The position numbers were made by a program, and so were the translations under genes. From a virus (taxonomy: Duplodnaviria > Caudoviricetes), in the IMG/VR virus record IMGVR_UViG_3300025137_000108, positions 1-37,403 of that record: DNA of 37,403 nt. One strand, given 5' to 3'. Positions 7,897 through 16,729 of this stretch are shown here, one piece after another. Positions within the stretch are counted from its first letter, which is position 1, and the number at the start of each line of letters is the position of its first letter. Below the pieces are notes generated by a model that was given only the letters and a program-made list of their open reading frames with translations, had not been told where the DNA came from and did not search any database.

Positions 7897-9081
7897 ATGG
7901 ATGAAACGATGATAAATAATGTAGCAAAAACAGTGAATGTGGCCGCAGATACCCTGCGTAGTAAGGCTCAATCAGTCTTACTAGAACAGGGTGCGGCTTG
8001 GAAAAACGCAGGTAAGTCTGACGACGACTGCGGTATTCTTGCGTTAAGAGTAGCGGCAAGAATGATTAGCACAGATAATGCGAGACTATCTCGTTCCGGT
8101 GCAACAAAGTATGAAGGTATGTTTATTGCCGTTCCACGTCCTAAAGAATGGGGTAAAATACTATACAATAAAATGTCCGGCCAATTAAAAACTGCGACAG
8201 AAGATGTGCGAAACGTATTGGTTGAATCCGGTGCGGTTGTTCTCTTTGAAAATAACCACGATGGGACTTATACAAGACACGCTAGAGAAGATTTCTACGG
8301 TGTAGAATCTGCTGATGTTACAGAATTACCTAAGCATACTCAGAAGTTAGATGAGAATACACACTTCTTCGTAGTATGGGATAAGAATAACAAGACTTTC
8401 CCATCCGGTGATGCTAACTTTAAGTATGGCCGACCTAGACCTCAAGATGAGAGGGAAAGAACATCTATGTTCTTAGGCCGTGTTCATGGAAGTAATGATG
8501 AGGTAAAAGTAATCAACATCAAAGCAACACAAAAGGGTGCAGATGTTCAGTACCCTACCTTTACAACAGGGACTATTGCGGCTAGACCTGCGGCTAACGG
8601 GACTACAGCATACGCTAAAGATGGTGTATCAATCTTTGAAGCAGACCCTTCATTAGCAAGTATATTTTCAGCAGACCCATTGACACTTGTCCCACAGATT
8701 ATCGGACAAGAGAATATGATTTCGGGCTTAGATAAACTAGGTCAATACTATGACACCCATAACGGAAATGCAGGTTGGTGGGATAGAACCCTCGCTACTG
8801 TAGCAGAAGTTATACACATAGACCCTAGAGATAATGGCGGATATGTTTTAGTATGTGCTGATTTAGACATTTCTTCTACGGCCGCAACCGTAGATGTTTA
8901 TATTCCAAGTGAACAAGATTCACTTGTGGACTTCGCAGTCGGTACTAAAGTGCTACTTCACGGACAGGCATGGCGAACAAAAGAAGGAGAGGACAGAATG
9001 TCTATCTCCGGTTGGTATGCCTTTGACAGAATAGCAGTCATGGATGAAGTAGTTTCTACCGACGACGGGTGGGATGAGTGA
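7897..9081 (+). CDS. OB-fold single-stranded DNA-binding protein (RPA/SSB-like)
   Basis: C-terminal OB-like strands (FAVGTKVLLHGQAW...RMSISGWY), acidic tail DDGWDE, replication-module context; start reassigned to MDETMINN. Confidence 0.55.
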   Translation: MDETMINNVAKTVNVAADTLRSKAQSVLLEQGAAWKNAGKSDDDCGILALRVAARMISTDNARLSRSGATKYEGMFIAVPRPKEWGKILYNKMSGQLKTATEDVRNVLVESGAVVLFENNHDGTYTRHAREDFYGVESADVTELPKHTQKLDENTHFFVVWDKNNKTFPSGDANFKYGRPRPQDERERTSMFLGRVHGSNDEVKVINIKATQKGADVQYPTFTTGTIAARPAANGTTAYAKDGVSIFEADPSLASIFSADPLTLVPQIIGQENMISGLDKLGQYYDTHNGNAGWWDRTLATVAEVIHIDPRDNGGYVLVCADLDISSTAATVDVYIPSEQDSLVDFAVGTKVLLHGQAWRTKEGEDRMSISGWYAFDRIAVMDEVVSTDDGWDE

Positions 9082-9296
9082 AGGCTTTAGGTCATTACGT
9101 CTTTCTCCATAACACCATACAGGAAACTGTCGGTGGACTCATTCTTGAAGGCCATCTACAAGTCCTATCCGTAGGCGGTTTAGTCCCTCTTGAAATAGAA
9201 GAGGGCTATTCCGTCTTGGTGGATGAAGCAAAGATTATTCCCTTCGATAACGAAGTTAGTGCTATACATTGGGAACATATACTAGGATATTATTGA
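9078..9296 (+). CDS. groES: Co-chaperonin GroES-like, shortened
   Basis: MKALGHYVFL, mobile loop ETVGGLIL, VLSVG, EEGYSVL, EHILG; directly upstream of groEL. Confidence 0.8.
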   Translation: MKALGHYVFLHNTIQETVGGLILEGHLQVLSVGGLVPLEIEEGYSVLVDEAKIIPFDNEVSAIHWEHILGYY

Positions 9297-9305
9297 GGTA
9301 TAAAT

Positions 9306-10820
9306 ATGGAAAATATATTACATGGAGAAGAAGCAAGAGACAAATTACTCTTAGGGGTAAACAAAGTCGCTGATGCAATCAAAGGCACACTAGGTGCGAA
9401 TGCGGGAACTGTAATAATACAGAACCCTGCGGGACTACCTTTAATTCTTAATGATGGTGTATCTATTACTAAGTCTATTACCGACCCCGACCCTTACGTG
9501 CAAATGGGAATCAATCTAATGCAAGAGGTGGCTCACGAAGCACAAAGTAAATCGGGCGACGGCACTACTACTGCTACTATCTTAGCACAGGCATTATGTA
9601 ATACAATGGCTGATGATGATACAGATAATATTAAGATAAAAGAAAGTCTTAGTAATATGTGTAAGTTTATAGTAGATAAATTAAAAGACATGGCTACTGA
9701 TGTTAATGACGATGACTTACTAGATGTATGTATTGTAGCGGCTAATAATGATTTAGAGTTAGGTAGTTTGATACACGAAGCACTTTTGGCTGTAGGCCAA
9801 GAGGGTAATGTGATAATAGAAAGCAATTCCGATAACACTACTACATGGTCTTTGACCGAAGGACTTGTTATGGATAGTGGGTATGTAAACAAACTAATGG
9901 CTAATGCAGATAGAGAAAAGTGTATTTACGATAATGCCTCTATACTTTTAACGCAAGAGAAAATAGATACCTTTAACCATATAGTCCCTGCACTAGAATT
10001 ATCTATGAAAGCAGGTAAGCCTTTAGTGATAGTTTGTCATGATTACAACCCAAGCATACTACCTAACTTACTCGTTAATATTATGCAAGGTAAATTAAAT
10101 GTCTGTATAATTAAGACGGCAGGTTTTGGTGATACTCAAGACCATTGGCTTCAAGATATAGAAGCAAAATGTGGTGGTAAAGTATTCAATTCATTTGACA
10201 GTATTATTACCGTAAAAGAACATGAGTTAGGTATGTGTGATAAAGTAGAGATAACTTCTACTGCATCTACATTCATTAAGGATGGGGTAGACGAGGATTA
10301 CATAGGTAATCTTACCTCAATACTAACTCAAGTAGAAACAGATTTTGAGCGAGAGATAGTAGAGAATAGGATTGCTAGACTTACTTCGGGTATCGCATCT
10401 ATTAAGGTAGGTGGAATTACTGATATAGAACAAAGGGAACGTAGAGAACGTGTAGACGATGCTGTCAATGCCGCTACTCTTGCTAGAAAGCAAGGGATAG
10501 TAAGTGGTGGTGGTGTAGCACTTAAGGATATTTGGTGGAAACATCAGACTGTTGATGAGTTAGATGGCGTAAAGTATTTTGATGCAATCCTAGCACCTAT
10601 CAAACAGATTTTATCTAATAGTGGTAAGCCTACTTCAAATCTTGCTTACGCTCAATCAAAAGATGTAGGTTGGAACGCAGTTTCAAGAAAATATGAAAAC
10701 TTAAGATTCAATGGTATTATTGACCCTGTTGGTGTAACTATTAACGCTGTCGAATCCGCTTTCTCTATCGCTATACTACTACTTACTACTGATTGTGCTA
10801 TAATAGCACCACAAGAGTAA
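9306..10820 (+). CDS. groEL: Group I chaperonin GroEL
   Basis: NDGVSI, SGDGTTTATILAQ, AGFGD, RIARLTSGIASIKVGG, RVDDAVNA, GIVSGGG, GIIDP; no GGM tail. Confidence 0.95.
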   Translation: MENILHGEEARDKLLLGVNKVADAIKGTLGANAGTVIIQNPAGLPLILNDGVSITKSITDPDPYVQMGINLMQEVAHEAQSKSGDGTTTATILAQALCNTMADDDTDNIKIKESLSNMCKFIVDKLKDMATDVNDDDLLDVCIVAANNDLELGSLIHEALLAVGQEGNVIIESNSDNTTTWSLTEGLVMDSGYVNKLMANADREKCIYDNASILLTQEKIDTFNHIVPALELSMKAGKPLVIVCHDYNPSILPNLLVNIMQGKLNVCIIKTAGFGDTQDHWLQDIEAKCGGKVFNSFDSIITVKEHELGMCDKVEITSTASTFIKDGVDEDYIGNLTSILTQVETDFEREIVENRIARLTSGIASIKVGGITDIEQRERRERVDDAVNAATLARKQGIVSGGGVALKDIWWKHQTVDELDGVKYFDAILAPIKQILSNSGKPTSNLAYAQSKDVGWNAVSRKYENLRFNGIIDPVGVTINAVESAFSIAILLLTTDCAIIAPQE

Positions 10821-10822
10821 AC

Positions 10823-10840
10823 TATATAACCGTAAGAAAA
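10823..10840 (+). promoter_or_regulatory. Conserved viral promoter copy (TATATAACCGTAAGAAAA)
   Basis: TATA starts 30 nt before ATG 10853. Confidence 0.8.
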
Positions 10841-10852
10841 TGAGGTATTAAT

Positions 10853-11797
10853 ATGACATGGGGAACACAAGCACCACAAACGACTAAGACGACAGAAGCA
10901 CCACAAGGCGTGGTGTATAACGAGGAATACTACCGTAATATGTTTAAGAACAACAAATCACAATCTGTTGATTTGCGTATGGGATTGGTAGGTTGGGAAA
11001 ACACCGCTAAGACAGGACTAGCATTATCTATGATGGATGCAGAAATTAAAGCAGGTAAAAAGGTAGCAGTATTTGATGTAGATAATTCAGCAAAGTCTAC
11101 CGTAGATTATATCTATCCCGATGCAGAAAACATTATGGTAATACCACTACACGATGAAACAGATGACTCTATCTTTGACGCAGAAAACAATGTAGATTAC
11201 AAAGCATTAGTAGATAAGACTAATTGGTTTGTCAATATTCTAGCAGAAGAGGTAGCGACTAACCCCGATGATTGGGCGGGCGTAATATTTGATGGTGGTT
11301 CTACATTCCTTAAATGGTGTGAACACGCTATGAGGGCATCACTACTAAGTCGTGGTATCATTGAAACAGAAGATGGTACTTTTAACCAAAAAGAATGGAG
11401 AGAGCGTAACCGCATGAATAGAAATGTTCTGACTAGGATTCACGCTTTGCCTGTACCCAAAGTATTCTTTACCTTCCACCTAAAGCCTGTACAGCAGTAT
11501 ATGGATGACGGCACAGGTAAGAAAGTATTAATGACAGTCGGTGATAGACCCGATTGGGACAAAGGCACTATGCGTAAGTTCTCACAACAAATATTCCTAA
11601 ATAGATACATGAAGAAAGCAGATATTGCCGCAGGTGTCAAAGGTGATAAGAAACTTGCCGATGGTGAGTGGGCTATTCGTGGGACTGTTGAGGAAATGAA
11701 AGGTAAACACATGGAATATGTAGGGACAACCCATACTATTCTATCAATAAAAGACGGTAAGGTAGAATGGACAGGACTACCTTTCGTAAATGAGTGA
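10853..11797 (+). CDS. RecA-fold ATPase, Sak4/AAA_24-like (putative recombination/annealing protein)
   Basis: Variant Walker A GWENTAKT, VFDVD, Walker B VIFDGGS, FFTFH. Confidence 0.65.
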   Translation: MTWGTQAPQTTKTTEAPQGVVYNEEYYRNMFKNNKSQSVDLRMGLVGWENTAKTGLALSMMDAEIKAGKKVAVFDVDNSAKSTVDYIYPDAENIMVIPLHDETDDSIFDAENNVDYKALVDKTNWFVNILAEEVATNPDDWAGVIFDGGSTFLKWCEHAMRASLLSRGIIETEDGTFNQKEWRERNRMNRNVLTRIHALPVPKVFFTFHLKPVQQYMDDGTGKKVLMTVGDRPDWDKGTMRKFSQQIFLNRYMKKADIAAGVKGDKKLADGEWAIRGTVEEMKGKHMEYVGTTHTILSIKDGKVEWTGLPFVNE

Positions 11798-11806
11798 GGC
11801 ACTAAT

Positions 11807-12634
11807 ATGCAGTCTGTAGTAGACACACAATCATTGATATGGTTGCTAAAATGCACACAACGTAGACAAACTATTTCCGGTAAAAGTATTCCGCAGGTTT
11901 CGGCCTGTATGTTGAATGCTGTTGGTGGTAGAATGTCTACTTGTTCACTCACTAAGGATGGTGTATCTTCTGTAGGTATCTTTTCGATACCCTCTACAGG
12001 AGAAACTAAAATACCTGTTAGCGACATAGAGACTATGTTGGGAATACTAAAGTATCATGGAAATGCTTTGACCTTAACTTATGGTAATGATAAGTTAAAA
12101 CTAAAGTCTAAGTACAAGCAAACAACGCTTACTGCTTCTGAGAACGCTTTGGCATTCCCACATAGCCCTACCACATTAAATGAGTGGTCTAACACATCAA
12201 TAACATTTGCCGCAAAACTAAATGTTGGTAATGAAATAGGATATACTATGAATGATGGTACTATCTTACAACCTGCTTGTTCTTGGGAATCAGTAGATGC
12301 AGTACGCTTGTTTGAAGCAGTTAGATGTGATGAAATGAACGGACAAAAATTAAACATATTCACTTTTAAGGGAGATGAAAACGGACTTAGTGTAGTCGTT
12401 GGTAAGGAACTAAAAGGTAGAACAGAATATGAGTTAGATAGGAGAAGTACCCAATGGCCTTTCATGGCTACCTATCAAGGTGGATTCAATAATCTATTTG
12501 CTAACATTAACGGTAAAATAAACTTATACTTTTTTGATTTCACACAATGGAAAGCAGGTGTTAAATTACTTATAACTTTAGGTGATGGCGACTTTGTTTT
12601 CCAATCAGCACTACTAGGAGATGAATATATATGA
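11807..12634 (+). CDS. Divergent DNA sliding clamp (PCNA-like)
   Basis: 275 aa, two-domain beta/alpha periodicity, position between clamp loader and PolB; low sequence similarity by eye. Confidence 0.55.
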   Translation: MQSVVDTQSLIWLLKCTQRRQTISGKSIPQVSACMLNAVGGRMSTCSLTKDGVSSVGIFSIPSTGETKIPVSDIETMLGILKYHGNALTLTYGNDKLKLKSKYKQTTLTASENALAFPHSPTTLNEWSNTSITFAAKLNVGNEIGYTMNDGTILQPACSWESVDAVRLFEAVRCDEMNGQKLNIFTFKGDENGLSVVVGKELKGRTEYELDRRSTQWPFMATYQGGFNNLFANINGKINLYFFDFTQWKAGVKLLITLGDGDFVFQSALLGDEYI

Positions 12635-12975
12635 TAATTAACAGTGAAGTAAAAGCAACGCCAACAGATATGAATGTAGATAACCCTACTTTCTATACAA
12701 TAAAGGATTTTGTAGTACCTACCCCTATGGGTGGTGGATTAGCAACCTTTACATTTACGGGAATACATGGTGAAAACTTTGTAGCATCTATAAAAGTAAG
12801 ACAGGAATTAGACCCACTTTATAGAGATGAAATATGGTTGAACAAACAATACGTGGAGATGGAAAGAAGTATGGCAGACATAGCAGACCAATTCGGTCTT
12901 ACACCTGCCGCTATTAATCAATGGCTAAATAAACACGATATACCTACTAGAAGTAGGGGTAGAAACCATGAGTGA
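12631..12975 (+). CDS. HTH protein
   Basis: YRDEIWLNKQYVEMERSMADIADQFGLTPAAINQWLNKHDIPTR is an archaeal-virus-type HTH. Confidence 0.75.
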   Translation: MIINSEVKATPTDMNVDNPTFYTIKDFVVPTPMGGGLATFTFTGIHGENFVASIKVRQELDPLYRDEIWLNKQYVEMERSMADIADQFGLTPAAINQWLNKHDIPTRSRGRNHE

Positions 12976-13150
12976 TTGCGAACATTGTGGTAAGCCTTTA
13001 GTGGCTATTGGTACTTCCCGTAAAAACGGTAAGGCTACACACAATGATTGGGGTACACGTAGACTGCACAAGAAATGTTGGATGGAATTAAAAGATTATA
13101 ACCGTAAGATTAGGTGGAATAGTTATGATAGTAGAGCAAGGCAAAGGTAG
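12968..13150 (+). CDS. Small Zn-finger protein (CxxC...HxxC)
   Basis: CEHCGK...HKKCW. Confidence 0.7.
   Translation: MSDCEHCGKPLVAIGTSRKNGKATHNDWGTRRLHKKCWMELKDYNRKIRWNSYDSRARQR
13095..13112 (+). promoter_or_regulatory. Conserved viral promoter copy (ATTATAACCGTAAGATTA)
   Basis: Embedded in the upstream CDS; starts 30 nt before polB ATG 13125. Confidence 0.7.
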
Positions 13151-15365
13151 AGAAGTCTTAGTAAGGTATCGAGATGACAAAGGAAATAGAAAAACCGAGT
13201 CTATCAAAGGCCACTACCCGTATTGTTTTATTGAGACTGATAATGCCCCTTATGTAGAAGATTGCATAAGAAAAGAAGATGGCTATACAGGTCTTTATGG
13301 GGAACATTTAACTAAGATTGTTGTTTCGCATAGTTCAGAATTAAGAAACCTATCTTATTACGGGACAACATGGGAAGCAAATGTACCTTATGTCAATCGT
13401 GTACTTATAGATAGGCTAAAGGAAAGTGATACTAAACCGTTTGATAATTACAAGCATCGAACATGGTATTTAGATTGTGAATGGTCGCCCGCAACAAGCC
13501 AAATGAGAGTGATAGTAGTCTATGATAATTTTACCGAAAATGAATACGTTTGGTTTGTATGCCCTTCTATTAAAGAAGAAGGTTTGGCTGATGGCGAGCC
13601 TAAGAGGTATGACACATACGGTGATTACGAGTACCCAACACCTGCTCTCGGATTTGCTACTGAAAGGGATATGCTTATTCATTTCTTACGGCACATGAAG
13701 AAACAAGACCCCGATATTATCACAGGGTGGTACGTGGTAGGTGCAGACGTAAAAACTATAGTAGAAAGATGTAGGGCGTGTGGTCTTAACCCTGCTACAT
13801 TATCACCTATGCGTAGAATTAGGTATAAGTTTGGTGATTGGGAACAACCTATCGTCGGTAGAAACTGTATTGATTTAATGATAGCATTCTCTAAAATATG
13901 GGAATTGAAAAACGGTAAATTACCATCTTACAAGTTAGACGATGTTGCTAAAGAGGTTTTAGGGGAAAAGAAAGTAGAGTTACCCGATGGACACGATACT
14001 TATTATTCCGACCTTCCTTTGTATGTGCATTATTGTAGACAAGACGTAAGATTATTACCTAGACTTGACTCAAAAGTAAATGCTTTGGATTACTATACTG
14101 CTTTACAGCACGTTGTTCAATGTGATTTACGCTCTACACCATTTATTACTAAGATGTTTACAAGTCTAGCATTGAAGGATGAAAAGTTTGATAGAAGAAT
14201 ACCTACACAACCACAGTTTCCTCACACATCTTATGAGGGGGCTAACGTATTAGAACCCGAAACAGGTGTCTATGAAAACGTAGGTATCTTAGATATAAAG
14301 GCTATGTATCACAGCAACGTACACAAATACGGTATATCTTGGGACACAATAGATTCAGAAGGAGAAGATTGTGGTAACGGTAGTAAGTTTAACGTAAAAG
14401 AAAAAGGCTTACTTTGTAGATTAATGGATGATATGACATATCTCCGTAACGAAAACAAACTTAAAATGATGATGAGTGATACAGTAGAACAAAAGAACAA
14501 GTGGGATATTATGCAGTTTGCTTGTAAGTCATTAGTAGCATCTATGTATGGTGTAGCAGGTGATTCTAAATATGGTTTTTATCATCCCGAAGTAGCGTCT
14601 GCTATCACATACACATCAAGAAAAACACTTGAGGAATTAATGTATCACGCCGAAGATGCGGGGTTCAAAGTTTACTATGGACATACAGATTCTATATTCT
14701 GTAATATAGATAACCCCGAAGATGGACTAAAAGCACTAAACTTAATCAATGAAGAAATGTCTCCAATAGAAACCGAGTTTGAGAAGTGGTGTCCTAGTAT
14801 GTTGATTATGGCTAAGAATAGATATGCCGGAAAAGTAACTTGGACTGACGGCTCTTACCATGAACCTAAAACTTATGTTAAGGGTATAGAATTAAAGCAA
14901 TCAAGAATGCCTAGTGTAATGAAGTTATGTATGAATACAGTTATTGACGGCATACTAGACGGCACAGACCAAAAAGAAATAACCCAAAGTATATCTTCAC
15001 TTGTTGATGATGTAGTTAAGGGTAAAGTAAACCCTTCTGATTTGTGTATGAAGGGTAAATTAGAAAGAAACCTTAGTGATTATAAGGTATTGTCCGGCTC
15101 ATCAGCAGGTGCGGCTTGGGCTAATGAGTTTCTAGGTAAAGGATATAGAAAAGGCTCATTCTTTAAAGTTACCATAAATGAAAATGGTAAATACATAGCA
15201 TTCGATGACCCGTCTGATATAGACGGTGTTACAAAAATAGGTAATAAGATTCTTGCACAAAGATTCATCTTAAATAAAATAGAGCCTTATTACAATTTAG
15301 CCCAATGGGATATTCAACCTATACAGAACTCTTTACAGGGTATGAGTGGGATGAAATGGTTGTAG
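13125..15365 (+). CDS. polB: Family B DNA polymerase with 3'-5' exonuclease
   Basis: Exo motifs YLDCEW, IITGWY..GAD, YKLDDVA, YCRQD; polymerase motifs DIKAMYHS, KSLVASMYG, YGHTDS, KNRYAG, VKGIE. Confidence 0.95.
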   Translation: MIVEQGKGREVLVRYRDDKGNRKTESIKGHYPYCFIETDNAPYVEDCIRKEDGYTGLYGEHLTKIVVSHSSELRNLSYYGTTWEANVPYVNRVLIDRLKESDTKPFDNYKHRTWYLDCEWSPATSQMRVIVVYDNFTENEYVWFVCPSIKEEGLADGEPKRYDTYGDYEYPTPALGFATERDMLIHFLRHMKKQDPDIITGWYVVGADVKTIVERCRACGLNPATLSPMRRIRYKFGDWEQPIVGRNCIDLMIAFSKIWELKNGKLPSYKLDDVAKEVLGEKKVELPDGHDTYYSDLPLYVHYCRQDVRLLPRLDSKVNALDYYTALQHVVQCDLRSTPFITKMFTSLALKDEKFDRRIPTQPQFPHTSYEGANVLEPETGVYENVGILDIKAMYHSNVHKYGISWDTIDSEGEDCGNGSKFNVKEKGLLCRLMDDMTYLRNENKLKMMMSDTVEQKNKWDIMQFACKSLVASMYGVAGDSKYGFYHPEVASAITYTSRKTLEELMYHAEDAGFKVYYGHTDSIFCNIDNPEDGLKALNLINEEMSPIETEFEKWCPSMLIMAKNRYAGKVTWTDGSYHEPKTYVKGIELKQSRMPSVMKLCMNTVIDGILDGTDQKEITQSISSLVDDVVKGKVNPSDLCMKGKLERNLSDYKVLSGSSAGAAWANEFLGKGYRKGSFFKVTINENGKYIAFDDPSDIDGVTKIGNKILAQRFILNKIEPYYNLAQWDIQPIQNSLQGMSGMKWL

Positions 15366-15370
15366 ATAAC

Positions 15371-15388
15371 TATATAACCGAAAGAAAA
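15371..15388 (+). promoter_or_regulatory. Conserved viral promoter copy (TATATAACCGAAAGAAAA)
   Basis: TATA starts 30 nt before ATG 15401. Confidence 0.8.
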
Positions 15389-15400
15389 GGAGAGAATAAT

Positions 15401-15709
15401 ATGTCTAACGCAAGCGATATAAGAGAGTTACAAGATAAGCAAGAACACCTAACAAAAGGTGTGGTAAATGCCTTTGAACAGGTGAGTTTTGATTATGCAA
15501 AACTACAAACGATGTTCTTTGCACTACTACAAGACTTAGGTAAAACAGATACTTTGTCTTGTTCGGAATGTGATGAAGAAGTTATGAGGCCATTATTGTC
15601 TCAATTACCTGTAGAAAAAACCTGCCCTATGTGCGGTGGTGATTTAGTTATTGATGTTTCACAAACTACTGTTGATGATTGGGATAATGGAACAACAGAA
15701 GAAGAGTGA
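15401..15709 (+). CDS. Coiled-coil + Zn-ribbon protein with PIP-like tail (102 aa)
   Basis: CSEC...CPMC; QTTVDDW; start reassigned from promoter spacing and GGAG. Confidence 0.7.
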   Translation: MSNASDIRELQDKQEHLTKGVVNAFEQVSFDYAKLQTMFFALLQDLGKTDTLSCSECDEEVMRPLLSQLPVEKTCPMCGGDLVIDVSQTTVDDWDNGTTEEE

Positions 15710-15713
15710 TTAT

Positions 15714-16580
15714 ATGAAGGCTACACAAGAGCAAATTAGTAATTCGTCTTACCGACCTACGGAAAAAAGGTGGTTGAGGATAAGTAAGTCATCTTATATG
15801 ACATACAATATGTGTCCTAGACAATTTTATTGGCGATATATAGCAGATATACCTAGCCCGCCACCTAGTGAGGCCGCCATTCGTGGTGGTAAGATACACA
15901 AAGTGATGGAGATAGGTCTACTAGAAGGCTCGGATAAAATAATGAGTGCCGCCATAGAAGAAGGTGTGGCTGATGACGTAGGGGTAGATAGCCTCAATAT
16001 GTTATTACATCAGATAGCACATGACATGGGCGGCTTTGAGATAGTAGAAGCAGAAGTTAAGCATCAAGTAGCAGAAGAATACAACGGCTACAATATTATT
16101 TGGGTTGGTATGATTGACGGTGTTATTAGACATCCCGATGGTGGTTTAATTCTGATGGAATTGAAAACAGGTAAAATGAATATGGGTAAACTAGGTAGGA
16201 CTAGGAAGGAATTAGTCTACTACTCTAGGCTTTTAAATAAACTAGGGTATGATGAACCTATAACACACTTTATGTATATCTCCCCCGACTACGAGATACC
16301 CGAAGATGGTAACGATAAGTTATTACTAGAAGGTAACAAGAGAGGTAAAAGTTTATGGTTGGGTGCTGAACGTGGTATTGCTATTCTTGAGAAGATAAAC
16401 AAGCGAAGTATAAATGCTTTCTCGGAATCATTAAGTAGCACTATCGAGTCGCTAGTAATCCAACAGTACCCTATGAATTGGAACGACTATTTTTGCCCTT
16501 TATGGTGTGAGTTTAATATGAATTGTGAGTCCGAGATGACAGGGTTTGTTGATAATGGATTAGGTGAATGGAATGAATAG
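15714..16580 (+). CDS. Cas4-like PD-(D/E)XK exonuclease with Fe-S cysteines
   Basis: SKSS...CPRQFYW, GGKIH, GMIDGV, ELKTG, C-terminal CPLWCEFNMNC. Confidence 0.85.
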   Translation: MKATQEQISNSSYRPTEKRWLRISKSSYMTYNMCPRQFYWRYIADIPSPPPSEAAIRGGKIHKVMEIGLLEGSDKIMSAAIEEGVADDVGVDSLNMLLHQIAHDMGGFEIVEAEVKHQVAEEYNGYNIIWVGMIDGVIRHPDGGLILMELKTGKMNMGKLGRTRKELVYYSRLLNKLGYDEPITHFMYISPDYEIPEDGNDKLLLEGNKRGKSLWLGAERGIAILEKINKRSINAFSESLSSTIESLVIQQYPMNWNDYFCPLWCEFNMNCESEMTGFVDNGLGEWNE

Positions 16581-16725
16581 AATTAATGTATGTGCGTCTT
16601 GTGGTAGTGATACTTGGGTAGACTCAGATTTGATGTGGAGAGTAACAGGTGAAGAAGGGGCAGACCCCGAAGAAATTACCGTAATTACTTGTAAATGTGG
16701 TAATAAACAAAAGAAAGAAGAGTGA
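16573..16725 (+). CDS. Small Zn-ribbon protein (50 aa; not in ORF track)
   Basis: Hand translation MNRINVCASCGSDTWVDSDLMWRVTGEEGADPEEITVITCKCGNKQKKEE*; AGGTGA SD. Confidence 0.7.
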   Translation: MNRINVCASCGSDTWVDSDLMWRVTGEEGADPEEITVITCKCGNKQKKEE

Positions 16726-16729
16726 TTTT

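Noticed and set aside
13125-15365. Intein or intron in PolB (also checked in the MCM-like ATPase and RFC)
   Set aside because: Lengths are compact, motifs are contiguous, and no intein-like splice junctions were seen.
15714-16580. Cas4-like gene as evidence of a CRISPR-Cas locus
   Set aside because: No repeat-spacer array or other cas genes seen; solo Cas4-like nucleases are common in archaeal viruses.
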